A stretch of DNA of 64,000 nucleotides from a virus, in IMG/VR virus record IMGVR_UViG_3300027917_000024, positions 41,151 to 105,150 of that record; one strand, written 5' to 3'. The notes beneath the pieces were generated by a model, which saw only the letters and a program-made list of their open reading frames with translations, had not been told where the DNA came from and did not search any database. This document shows, one piece after another, positions 17,456 to 27,900 of the stretch. A program made the translations under genes and the position numbers. How positions within the stretch are numbered: the first letter of the stretch is position 1; the number at the start of each line of letters is the position of its first letter.

Positions 17456-18043
17456 TTAAGAATGTAATAGCTTTCTCCATTGTGGGTACCAAACAGCAGC
17501 ACTTACTCCTGTACCTTCATGTACTGTTACACCACTTGCCATGGTTCCATTGTAATAGAGAAATGTTTTGTAACCTATATCATAGAATAGTTTTCCTACT
17601 CTTGGTTTTATAAGAGGGTTTACCTGATAGTGAGAAGCCCCAGAAGTTGTAACCATAGTTCCAGATGGTATGGTTTCGAAGGTCATAGAACCGATATATC
17701 GCTCTAGAAATCGGCGGTCAATCTCTTGTAACGCTCTTCTTAATATTCTTGGCCAATCAACGTCGCCTACTGTAATATACGGCCAACCATAATTCGTGGT
17801 ATAGTCTTGTACGATTGTATACTCTTCACCCCAAATGTCTTCTGCGTCCTCATTTAAATAGGCATAAGTAAGTGTAAGCTCTGTTGTACTCGAAACACTA
17901 CTGATCCAATAGATATTCTGCTCACCTCTTACCTTGAATATGCACCCATTCCAACTCCCGTCTGTAACCCATGTCGTATTTTTACCAATTACAGTTGTAG
18001 AGTTGTGATCAATACTTACAGTTCCTGTTCTATATTGTCCCAT
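17456..18043 (-). CDS. short tail fibre/adaptor protein (paralog of 16963-17445)
   Basis: MGQYRTGTVSID..STTVIG..TTW...TELTL...DYT..Y.WP....GDVDWP.IL..AL..ID. Confidence 0.7.
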   Translation of the reverse strand: MGQYRTGTVSIDHNSTTVIGKNTTWVTDGSWNGCIFKVRGEQNIYWISSVSSTTELTLTYAYLNEDAEDIWGEEYTIVQDYTTNYGWPYITVGDVDWPRILRRALQEIDRRFLERYIGSMTFETIPSGTMVTTSGASHYQVNPLIKPRVGKLFYDIGYKTFLYYNGTMASGVTVHEGTGVSAAVWYPQWRKLLHS

Positions 18044-18052
18044 CTCAGCTCC

Positions 18053-19255
18053 TTACCAGAAAGAAACTATTTTTACTAGATCTGCATATACAGTTTTACA
18101 GACGTTGCTTTTACCTACATATGCTAATGTATCTGGATCAAACTCATAGAATATAGGAAAGACGTCCCCAGCAACACAATCTACACCTGCTCCAAAAAGT
18201 CTATTTGAGTCTCCCCCTAAGCACCAAATCCTATAAAACCCAGAAGGAGCTTGGTCAGAATAGGGATTCCATACCCATTGAGCAGTATCATAGTAAGTCT
18301 GTGTAAGATTTAGTGAGGTGGCCACTGCAAATTTCTGAGAAACGGATGCATATCGTTTTTCTAAAAAGCACTCTTCTACATTATTATCATATCTAAGAGA
18401 GTATAGATATCCATTTACACCGTCTCCTCCAATTTTATATATTGTACTATCAAAGACCTCATCAGCCATTTGTATCACATCTGTTGCATCCCAGGCCGCA
18501 ACATCAAAAACTACCATCTTGAAATACTGTGGTGGATACGCCCAAGCTTCCATAGTATACAATATATAGAGTGTAGTGGCATTACCTGCTAGTGATACCG
18601 GCCTTCCTCCAGTAAGTCCATATTCTGTTGTAAAATCATACGCAAAAATATTCTTCTCGTTAATAATCTCATAGGTCTCTGGGTTGATTTGAAAAAGATG
18701 TTCCCCAAAGGGTTCTTTCATAAGCACAAATGTCCCACCAGTATCAACCACAATATCAGTTAAGGTCCAAGGTTTAGACAGCCTATCAATCCAGTGCGAA
18801 GGTTTTATAGGGGTTGCACTACCATACGCTTCTATGGTATTTTCTGATTCTCCACTAGGCCATTCTCTTACTTCAAATCGATATTCGGTGGTTGGACACC
18901 TAGCTGTATGGTAAGGTAGATTCTCAGAGGTAGGTGAACCTGGTCCTATCACACCCTCGTAATTCATCGGTGAATGACAATAAAGCCCACAACCGTTATC
19001 GCACTCGGGACACCACTCATTCCAATTTAACCAAGTATCAGTAGGGCATCTACAGTGCTCTGCATAGTCGTGTCTCAATACGATACTAATGTTATCCCCT
19101 TTAGCTCCAATTCCTACAGGCATACATCCACTATTAGCTTCTATAATAAGGTTTTCTCCCAGTTCTGCCGGTGGAGACCATATTGCCGGTCTATATGTTG
19201 GTGGTAAATATGGATATGCAGGTGCTTGTGGCTTCCAGTACCAATCCCAACTCAC
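18053..19255 (-). CDS. putative virion protein, Cys-rich N-terminus and beta-propeller-like C-terminus
   Basis: 400-aa beta-rich ORF in the tail fibre cluster with GAGGAGG upstream. Confidence 0.55.
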   Translation of the reverse strand: MSWDWYWKPQAPAYPYLPPTYRPAIWSPPAELGENLIIEANSGCMPVGIGAKGDNISIVLRHDYAEHCRCPTDTWLNWNEWCPECDNGCGLYCHSPMNYEGVIGPGSPTSENLPYHTARCPTTEYRFEVREWPSGESENTIEAYGSATPIKPSHWIDRLSKPWTLTDIVVDTGGTFVLMKEPFGEHLFQINPETYEIINEKNIFAYDFTTEYGLTGGRPVSLAGNATTLYILYTMEAWAYPPQYFKMVVFDVAAWDATDVIQMADEVFDSTIYKIGGDGVNGYLYSLRYDNNVEECFLEKRYASVSQKFAVATSLNLTQTYYDTAQWVWNPYSDQAPSGFYRIWCLGGDSNRLFGAGVDCVAGDVFPIFYEFDPDTLAYVGKSNVCKTVYADLVKIVSFW

Positions 19256-19269
19256 TGTATCTTCCTCCT

Positions 19270-20934
19270 CTAAGGTACGTCTAAGGCGTCTTGTATCTCA
19301 GAACCATCAAATTCTGTATTAGTAGTTTGTAGTAGACTAGCTCTTGTCGGTTTCAATGTGGTTCCATCAATTTCAATTAATGCTAGATACGTATCATCTC
19401 CATTTAGCCATATTAATGTTCCTATGGTAAAGAGGGCATTTGGGTAATTTCCACAGACAAGATATGGGCCACCGCCTTCGAACCAATTGTCTCCATAATA
19501 GATATCCCTTTGCCAATCACATAATTCACCTAAATGATATTCCGCACGTAGGGCAGATACAGCCACCTCATCTAGGTTTTTATCATAACTAGCCAAATCA
19601 GTATACATCTCATGTGGCTGGTCATCCCAATACCAACCATTCTTTTCTCTTGAAACTGCCATCCCATCTGTACCTGCTGTTACTGCATAGGCCTCGCATA
19701 CATTCAGATTCTTCGACCGTAAGAGAGTCTCGAACTGTTTTGTACTACTATTATAACTGTCTCTCTCGTATACATAGGTTTTTGCATAGACGTTGAAACC
19801 TGATTTAACAGTAAAATTATCGGCTCTCCATGTTACATTCTGAGATGCGTTTGAATTATCTACACGAAGTGAAATGTTGATTATTCTGTATGCATAGGAG
19901 TTCCTAAACTCATCGTGCTCTGCGATCAATGTCCAATCACTTCCATTCCAATAATACCCCCTTAATTCGGTATATCCTGTAATCATACCCTCTGACCGCC
20001 GCATTCTGGCTACTATCCTTAATTTACCACTTGTATCTGGAGAACTACCTATCATAGAATCAATTGTATGCCACGAACTATCGTAGTAGCCAAGTTGATA
20101 TCCATATTGTCCTCCCCAATAACCAAATCGTACATAAGCAACATCGGTTTTTGTTTTATAATAGTTAAGTACTAGATCAATTCCCCAACTCTCCACCGCA
20201 CCATAATTTATTAACTCAAAATCCACAGCGATATCAACTTGTGGCAGATCATAATCCCCCCCAATCATATAGGTAGTTGTTACATGATCCGCTGTTCCTA
20301 ATCCAATCTGAGTGAGTTCTAGTTTGTTATTTTGAATATCTGGAGACCCTGAAGTAATATTCCACTTTTTAGAATTTGGTGCGCTGCCATCCAATCCTGT
20401 AAAATCATCACCAAGGTAACTACTCTCAACCATCTCGCTTCCTGCTGTTATGTAGACCTCATCATCAACGACATCAATGAACTTTATATTCGTTTCAGAA
20501 GTATAATCAAAATAATCTATTAACCGCAGAAATTTCCATCCAGATGCTTCAGGAATGGAGCTCGAACTAGACTCTTCGGTTTCTATATGACTAGAACCAA
20601 TTTCTGCAATATAGCGAACATGAGGATCGGATGTGTCTCTAAAAGTAGCAAAAACGGAGCCATAATCGCTACTACCTATTAACAATAACTGGTTATAGGC
20701 TCCCGCACCATAATCTACTGTTATTGATGGGTTTGCCGCCTCAATAATATCAATTAAATTTTGAACCGTTGTAGAACTTATATAGGTAGGTTTTGAATCT
20801 GCTACTGGCCATTTTAGTTTAGCAACTCTATGGCCTTCTACTGCAGCCGAATCGTTGTATTGCATATAAATAATTCGGCTCCCAGTTTTCCCTCCTACAA
20901 GGGCATGTCTTGCAATATTACTCATACCAATCAT
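19270..20934 (-). CDS. putative tail/receptor-binding protein with one DDFTG lectin-like module
   Basis: The internal module DDFTG..G..P...KW.ITSGSPDIQ...WRADNFTV is shared with the giant poly-Ser protein. Confidence 0.65.
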   Translation of the reverse strand: MIGMSNIARHALVGGKTGSRIIYMQYNDSAAVEGHRVAKLKWPVADSKPTYISSTTVQNLIDIIEAANPSITVDYGAGAYNQLLLIGSSDYGSVFATFRDTSDPHVRYIAEIGSSHIETEESSSSSIPEASGWKFLRLIDYFDYTSETNIKFIDVVDDEVYITAGSEMVESSYLGDDFTGLDGSAPNSKKWNITSGSPDIQNNKLELTQIGLGTADHVTTTYMIGGDYDLPQVDIAVDFELINYGAVESWGIDLVLNYYKTKTDVAYVRFGYWGGQYGYQLGYYDSSWHTIDSMIGSSPDTSGKLRIVARMRRSEGMITGYTELRGYYWNGSDWTLIAEHDEFRNSYAYRIINISLRVDNSNASQNVTWRADNFTVKSGFNVYAKTYVYERDSYNSSTKQFETLLRSKNLNVCEAYAVTAGTDGMAVSREKNGWYWDDQPHEMYTDLASYDKNLDEVAVSALRAEYHLGELCDWQRDIYYGDNWFEGGGPYLVCGNYPNALFTIGTLIWLNGDDTYLALIEIDGTTLKPTRASLLQTTNTEFDGSEIQDALDVP

Positions 20935-20949
20935 TTGCTTCCCCTCCGT

Positions 20950-23928
20950 TTAGTAAGGCCCATCTGATGGTGTTCTATTCCCACAACCGTCTGTTACGTA
21001 GAGATACCATAATTGTGGAGATCCAGTACCTTCTCCTAGACCCATCATATTTGCTCCGAACCTTATTTCTGAATCTGTCCAGTAAGTAATCTCTTGCTGA
21101 TGTAAGATTGTACATAAAGCATAAAGAGCATTATTTCCAATCTCTACTTTGGCACTTCCACAATATACCCCAAACCCACTTCCTTGGACCGTGCCATAAA
21201 TGGTTTCTCCATGCACTCCTATTTCTTTCGTAAAGCTACTTATGGAAGGTGTATCCGCTTTTTCCGAGCAGTAGCTAGCATCACAAGCTGACATGACATA
21301 TGTATCTGATGTTCCGAAGTATACAATTATTCTTAGATCGCCTCCACCAACAGTGGTCGTTCCTCCCTGGTCTATATCAATATTAATATCGTCATACTGT
21401 GCTATATTTTGGTATGTAAGAGTTATCGTATTTGATGAATACTCACCCTCTTTAATTTCTAATTGCTCCCCCCCAAGGCCAAAGATACTGGAAGAATTAC
21501 AATTGATATCAACAAGTAAACTAGCTCCACTAGGAGGTACATCTACAGCCATTCTTGCCTTTGTAATATATCCTGAAAATGGTGCCAGGAAAGAGACTAT
21601 GTTTTGTGTCTGTCCCCATTGTCCTTTTATAAGAATATTGTTGCCCCTATCACCTCCAAGTGTAAATGGCATATTAGCGCCGCTCGCAATAGCAAACGGC
21701 AACCAACCATTTACTGCGTCCGAGTAGTAATAACATCTGGCATCGAGAGCTTGATATACTATTGTACCACCTACTGGTTTGAGTACTTGTCCTAAGGTCA
21801 TGGTAGAGGCGGTAATACCATACTGTGACCTGATAGCTGGGCCGTCTGATCTTTCTCCAATTACAGCATAATCGGTAGAAGTCCGAACATGCATTCCTTT
21901 CTTCATACCGTACATTTGTATTCCTGTTGTATTAGCACTGCTCATATATACCATTGTACCACTAGGGGCCGTACTCTCAAGTCTCAGTGCGTTTCCTGTG
22001 TAACCTGACGTTCCAATTTTTATTCCTGCTCCTGTACCGCATGCTAAACTAATAGCGTACCCATCACCAGTTGCTACTCCTCCGCTGGATTGAAAATCTA
22101 TCAATTTTCCTGTCGCTGACCTTGCCTTTATAAGATTTAGATTGGCACTTTCCAGGCTAAGTGTTGCATAGGCTACATCAGGTCCGGTAGTCGTTGTAAC
22201 TTCTAGCCCACCACCTGCTCCGCATTGTAAGCTCGCAGCATATGAAGTTCCTGTGCCATTTGCAGTACCCTTGATTAATTGCCCAAGTTGTGTACTAACT
22301 TTTAAACCAATACCTTTCACAGCATTGGCCTGTATTGCTCCATACTGCGTAGTTGTTACGTCGCTTGATGCAGATATTGCCCACGCCCTCTTCGAATAAA
22401 AATATGAGGCGTCTCGTGGCAGAGATGTATTCAAATTTTTTACTTGAAATGCGAGGTTGTTATAGCTCAGGATATCAACAGGGTAAAGTCCTTCTGTTGC
22501 TATAGCTATATAACTTCCTTCGTCATAAGCGTCCTGCAGTGACACACCACCAGCAGCACCGCCTGTTATGGATTGCCACGCCCCATCATAATAACGCAGT
22601 CCACTTGCAGCATTCGAATAGACAACAGTTCCTATTTGTGGGCTTGTAATTGCGGCATGATTATCAGAATAAATTGTAATTCCATTTTTAGAGTCAATAG
22701 CTGGATAAGTAGTTGAAGATGCTCTCAATGCCCATGATGATGTCCCAGTAACTTCCAGGCCTACCCTATTTGATCTTATTACAGCAGCAGGATACCCGAC
22801 AGCTCCCCCAGAGACTTCCAGCGCTGTCTGTGATGCTTCTAGAATGGCTTTTCCTATAGACCTGAGAGTTATACCACTTGTCGAGACTTTAATACCGGGA
22901 TACTCCGTTGTAGTTGCGCTATTGGAAGTTACATTCAATCCTCCTTTCCGTGCATCAAGTTGGATAGCAAATTGATTACTGGCAGTTGCATATGCTGCAC
23001 TTGATACATGCAGAGGACGATAGGAATCTATTGTAATACCAATATTACCTGGAGCCTTGACATACATTCCAGGCGCACCGGAAGGCTGTGAAATGTAAGC
23101 GGCATAGTTATTATTAGATGAAGCGACTAGTCCATACCCTTTTTGAGAATACGCCCAGATACCTACATCTGTTGAACTGCTAGCGCCGTAAGTACTATGG
23201 TAGTCAATTGACATACCAGCAATACCCACGTTCCTTAGCCATGGATAACTACTTTGAAACTGGGTTGGGTCATCTGCATTTGCAACACCAAATATTGCAG
23301 CATTGGCATAGGAACTTGGGGAACCGGCATCGCCCCTATCTGCATAGTTTGTTACAGCTACAAGAGGCGTTCTGTGCCTGGAATATACATACTCTAGAGC
23401 ACCTTCAAATGGAGATAACGAACTTGAAACTCCTATAGTATTTTGATCTGAGATATGTAATGCTGGGGCTCGATCTGCTCCACCATATGTACCTGAACGA
23501 TATATAATTACCGGAGCATTATCTGCAAAAATAGTATTATCTATATCATAAGCACCATCTAGACCTGTACCTGATCCAGAGGGTGATATGCTTCCACCTC
23601 CTAAAGCCGTCTGAATTCGTAGCATTGCCTCATTGAAAATAGACGGCCAGTTAGCATCGCCTCTATGCATGAGTGGAATATGCTGAGGATCCAAATAATC
23701 TCTAATAATGACATAGGTTTCATCAGAGGCAGTAGAACCTGTGTATGGAGCAGTCAGTGTGAGTGATGTATTACTTTGAACGTTTGCAACATAATACCAA
23801 CCATCTGTTCCTTGCAAGTTAAAAAGGTATCCAGAAGTGATTCCAGTGGATTGCCATAATGTACTTGCTCCTGATACATATATGGATCCATTGTCTATAC
23901 TAACTGTACCTACCCGATATTGCGCCAT
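20950..23928 (-). CDS. long tail fibre/tailspike (beta-helix-like)
   Basis: Same N-terminal anchor (MAQYRVGTVSID), a long G/A/S/T-rich repetitive beta region and a C-terminal Ig/IPT-like domain (TVQGSGFG...WTDSEI). Confidence 0.75.
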   Translation of the reverse strand: MAQYRVGTVSIDNGSIYVSGASTLWQSTGITSGYLFNLQGTDGWYYVANVQSNTSLTLTAPYTGSTASDETYVIIRDYLDPQHIPLMHRGDANWPSIFNEAMLRIQTALGGGSISPSGSGTGLDGAYDIDNTIFADNAPVIIYRSGTYGGADRAPALHISDQNTIGVSSSLSPFEGALEYVYSRHRTPLVAVTNYADRGDAGSPSSYANAAIFGVANADDPTQFQSSYPWLRNVGIAGMSIDYHSTYGASSSTDVGIWAYSQKGYGLVASSNNNYAAYISQPSGAPGMYVKAPGNIGITIDSYRPLHVSSAAYATASNQFAIQLDARKGGLNVTSNSATTTEYPGIKVSTSGITLRSIGKAILEASQTALEVSGGAVGYPAAVIRSNRVGLEVTGTSSWALRASSTTYPAIDSKNGITIYSDNHAAITSPQIGTVVYSNAASGLRYYDGAWQSITGGAAGGVSLQDAYDEGSYIAIATEGLYPVDILSYNNLAFQVKNLNTSLPRDASYFYSKRAWAISASSDVTTTQYGAIQANAVKGIGLKVSTQLGQLIKGTANGTGTSYAASLQCGAGGGLEVTTTTGPDVAYATLSLESANLNLIKARSATGKLIDFQSSGGVATGDGYAISLACGTGAGIKIGTSGYTGNALRLESTAPSGTMVYMSSANTTGIQMYGMKKGMHVRTSTDYAVIGERSDGPAIRSQYGITASTMTLGQVLKPVGGTIVYQALDARCYYYSDAVNGWLPFAIASGANMPFTLGGDRGNNILIKGQWGQTQNIVSFLAPFSGYITKARMAVDVPPSGASLLVDINCNSSSIFGLGGEQLEIKEGEYSSNTITLTYQNIAQYDDINIDIDQGGTTTVGGGDLRIIVYFGTSDTYVMSACDASYCSEKADTPSISSFTKEIGVHGETIYGTVQGSGFGVYCGSAKVEIGNNALYALCTILHQQEITYWTDSEIRFGANMMGLGEGTGSPQLWYLYVTDGCGNRTPSDGPY

Positions 23929-24147
23929 TTACTTATCTTCCGATTTTTGCCTTTCCTCGGCAAGAATAATGGAGAACTCTAGAGATTGAATGACTCCTTT
24001 TTCGAAAGCCAACTTATCCTTCGTGTCGGCCTGATATGTTTGGAGCCCTCTGATTGTCTGCTCAACTTCATAGAGTTCGGACTGAAACTCAAGTAACTTA
24101 GTTTGATGTTTTTGTAACTCCTTCTTCATAGCTTCGATTGCATCCAT
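23929..24147 (-). CDS. small coiled-coil protein (possible fibre chaperone)
   Basis: AAGGAGAG RBS. Paralogous to 24621-24890 (KEL...GVIQSLEFSI vs KEL...GIIQTLQFMI). Confidence 0.6.
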   Translation of the reverse strand: MDAIEAMKKELQKHQTKLLEFQSELYEVEQTIRGLQTYQADTKDKLAFEKGVIQSLEFSIILAEERQKSEDK

Positions 24148-24158
24148 AATCTCTCTCC

Positions 24159-24608
24159 TTAACTGGTACTTGAATAAGATACTCCACTTGATAAACTGAA
24201 ACTACTACTACTACTACTACTACTACTAGATGAGCTAAGACTGAAACTACTACTACTAGATGAGCTAAGACTGAAACTACTACTGGAACTAGACCCTAAT
24301 ACTAAAAACCAATCAATTGAATCTCTTTCCTCCCGTAATCTTTTAATTACGTTATCTTTATAGGATAAGTTAGGATCCATGTGATGACTAGAGTCTAAAT
24401 CTCTAGCAATTTCAGCAATTACCTTAAAGATGACATCTTCAATATTTGCATTTTCTAGCATGGTCATCGTCTGATCCACTTTATTTCTTCTATTGTTAAG
24501 CCAATCTATATTATAGACCTGTGATCTATTCCATACTTGTATGTCATCTCCCTTCTGGATAATCTTGTATCTGTCTTTCACTTGAGGCACTATAATTCTT
24601 CGTGGCAT
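24159..24608 (-). CDS. hypothetical tail-region protein with C-terminal poly-Ser tail
   Basis: AGGAG RBS. The last ~44 residues are about 80% Ser. Confidence 0.65.
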   Translation of the reverse strand: MPRRIIVPQVKDRYKIIQKGDDIQVWNRSQVYNIDWLNNRRNKVDQTMTMLENANIEDVIFKVIAEIARDLDSSHHMDPNLSYKDNVIKRLREERDSIDWFLVLGSSSSSSFSLSSSSSSSFSLSSSSSSSSSSSSFSLSSGVSYSSTS

Positions 24609-24620
24609 GGCAATCTCCTA

Positions 24621-24890
24621 CTAGTCATCCCCTTGTTTAATATGATCTGATAGCTTGAACGGCTTCCCTTGCGGTGGGCTAGCAAGTTCTACATTTGAAA
24701 AACCGTCAGTTTGAATCATAAACTGTAGTGTCTGTATTATACCATTCAACTCTTTTATTTGTGGTTCGAGCTCTGCAAGTTGCTTTTTACCCTGTTCCAC
24801 CATTTTCAGTGCTTGGTCTTTTTTGGTATAGAGGTCGAGAACTTTTAAAGTCTGCCCATTCAACTCTTTTACAATCGCATCTTTGTCCAT
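24621..24890 (-). CDS. small coiled-coil protein (possible fibre chaperone)
   Basis: AAGGAG RBS, heptad pattern, paralog of 23929-24147. Confidence 0.6.
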   Translation of the reverse strand: MDKDAIVKELNGQTLKVLDLYTKKDQALKMVEQGKKQLAELEPQIKELNGIIQTLQFMIQTDGFSNVELASPPQGKPFKLSDHIKQGDD

Positions 24891-24904
24891 TACTTGTCTC
24901 CTTT

Positions 24905-27900
24905 CTAGTCACCGAAAGCGATACATCTCCATCGTCCATTTGGATATGTACCAGTATCAGTTTGGTGCTGTTTATAAAATAGTCGATACTTACTTGCCAG
25001 AAGATCTCCTCTTTTTCCCATAGAATCCGGCGGTCGTGAACCTGAGTAACTATAATCAGGTAGATTATTATAGGAACCAGAATGATCTCCAAAGTGTATA
25101 TGAGCACATTGTTCCTGTGGCATAACATGAGTGTCTAACCATATATCAACACCTATTGTCGTACTAGTACTATCTGTTGCCGTTACACCTAGCCCTTGAT
25201 ACCTAGAAGCAGTAAAGACGCCTCCTTTAAGGGTATTATCGGCATCATCTGAACCCGCTGACCCCATTACTCCTGTAGCAGTAGGAATTGTACCAGCACC
25301 ATTAGTATAAACCGACGCAAAGAAGTTTCCCCCAACGGAAATACCGTGATCACCGGCAGCAGCCCACCCTTCTACTCCAACAAGAATATTATTACTACCA
25401 AGATTTGTTACACCTGCTTGCATTCCGTGCATGAACTTAGATACACTTTCCTGCTCTACTTGTATTACTAGTCCTCGGTAAAAGTTGCCTTTTATTACCA
25501 TTCCATAGGAAGGTGTATCAGGCCAAACAGCGGTTACATCACAAGGAGATCTAATAAGAATTCCTGCACTATGGTCCTTAGCGGTATCTTTCATTGGGAC
25601 TACAAGTAACGATGCATATCCCCAATCTGTCCACGAATCAACAGGAACTTGACCATCATGATCAATAGTTACAGTGAAGTTTCTATCTGCAGAATCAGTA
25701 TTGAAATAATGTGCAGAATTAGACGTCTCGATAACTGTTATTGGAGTTTCGCCTCCAATCTGTGCTAATAGTTCCGGCGAATCTTCTGTTACTTGGTACA
25801 GCCCTTCTGTATCATACACATGAATTCCTGGCGAGTCTTCCCTAACCCAAGCATATGGAGGATCCTCTTCTTGTGTATAGGCCTGACCAACAAGAACTTC
25901 TCTAAAGTTCTGTATGTCCTTAACACGCAACTTACCACCAACCTCTAAGTGGCCAATCCACTCATCTAATGTTTTATCATACGCCCTGAAGAACCACAGA
26001 TACCCCTGATCTGCTAGTTCTTCACCCTCTAGTCTGGCACTTTTGATAAGCGGGTCTGTAGGAATATCTGGTAGCTGTGATTCAAGGCCTTCAATCCACG
26101 GCCTTCCTATCAAGAATTTTGTATCTGCTCCATATAAGCTCGGCCAGGTAGTTGTATACTCCCACCACTCTCTACCAAAATTGTCTCCGTGGGCTTCCAT
26201 CATACTTCTTTCATACACACTGCTTGGGCCGTCAATTACAATACGTGAGTGGCCTTTGTAATTATCACTTGCATTGTAACCAGTGTAGAGCCGCATATCA
26301 AAGTATGATGTCCAATACGGATTATGAATGACACCAGTAGTAATGTCATTATTTTTGATATAGGTTCCAGGTGAGGCAGCGACCATTCTGATTTCTACCT
26401 TGAACTGCCCAACATCACTCTGAATAATATCTAAAGGATCAACAAGGTTCCTACCATCGATAGCCTGTTCGCCTCCTCCTGTATGCATATTTCTTACGAT
26501 AGTTACTGAAAATAGAGGTATATTTCCTCTTCGTCTCAAATCTGAGAATGTGCCGTCATAATTGAAGTCTGCTACTGTTTCTGTTAAATCATACTGCTCA
26601 AACAATACCGATTCATGACTTCCAGCATTGATATACTCTACGTAGCCGACATGTATACTCCTCTTGACTGTCGTACCATCTGGAACTTCATTTGCAGCTT
26701 CGGTGAATAAATACTCACCAGCTGTAATATAAAACCCACTATCATTTGCAAATTCTATTCGACCATTAATCATTGGGTCGACACCATCATGAACGCCTTG
26801 GTACTCTCCAGATTTATGCCACTTGATTCTTACATATTCATCCGGTTCTATACTATCATCAAATAGGCGAGTTACCTGGAGATCTACAGTGTATGGAAGA
26901 GCTCCGATCTGAATTGATCTGGCTCGAATGGAGTTAGTTAGAATCATTCCTCCATTGATATACGTATATTCTTTGTTATGGGAAGGATCTTGGCCGTAGA
27001 TAGCAAAAATACGTGAGATAGCAAATTCTGATATAGTATATGCACATCCACCAGGAGCTGTAGCTACTCCTATAGGGCAATTGCCTGTTTTGTAATATCC
27101 TATTGGAGGCTCCTCGTCTTCCGTCCAACCGTGATATTTACAGTAGCTCCCACAATCCCACACACAATGATCTTTGAACGGTTGCCACGGATACGCACCA
27201 GCATAATCTCCAATCCATACTTTCTCAGCTGAAAGATGCTTGACCTTTGCATTATTGATCATAGCATCGCCAATTTTAGCTGTAGTAATAGCTGCGTCTG
27301 CGATGTGCATACGATCAATCAATTCAAAGTCAGCAGCTTTCCATATAAGATTCCCAAGTTCATCTACATACCAGAGCCTTCTTCCCTGTGTCGTTCGAAC
27401 AGCCAGAGTAACAAAATACCGATTATAATTTATTCCCTCTTTAGTCCTGTCACTATCTGCTGCAGCATCTGGTGTATAGTATGAATTCACATAACAGCAG
27501 CTCAAGGTTGGATCGGCTGGACCATACGGGCAATTCCCTGTATTTATATCATTGTTTGGAGAGGCGTGGCATCCCATAGCACAACTGTCATAGGTCGTAC
27601 CGGACGGATGCGTAACAACGGAGAAGTGTGTGCAGATACCTCCTTCATTGGATACACCCGCATTTGTCCAATGGAATATGGGTCCCTCTGTTGAGCCTAG
27701 GAAAAAGTATGAATCACCAAGATCATCTACGTTTACAAGTCTCAAGTGCCCATCAACTGTACGTTCGAATTCGCCGTAGCTTTTGACATTGCTATCCCCA
27801 GAAGTTTTCAGAGCCATAAATTCAGTTACTGGATTGGCTTCCCATGTACTGGTAGTGAAATTCCATTGTCGTAAGCAAGCATATACTTCATAGGATTTTA

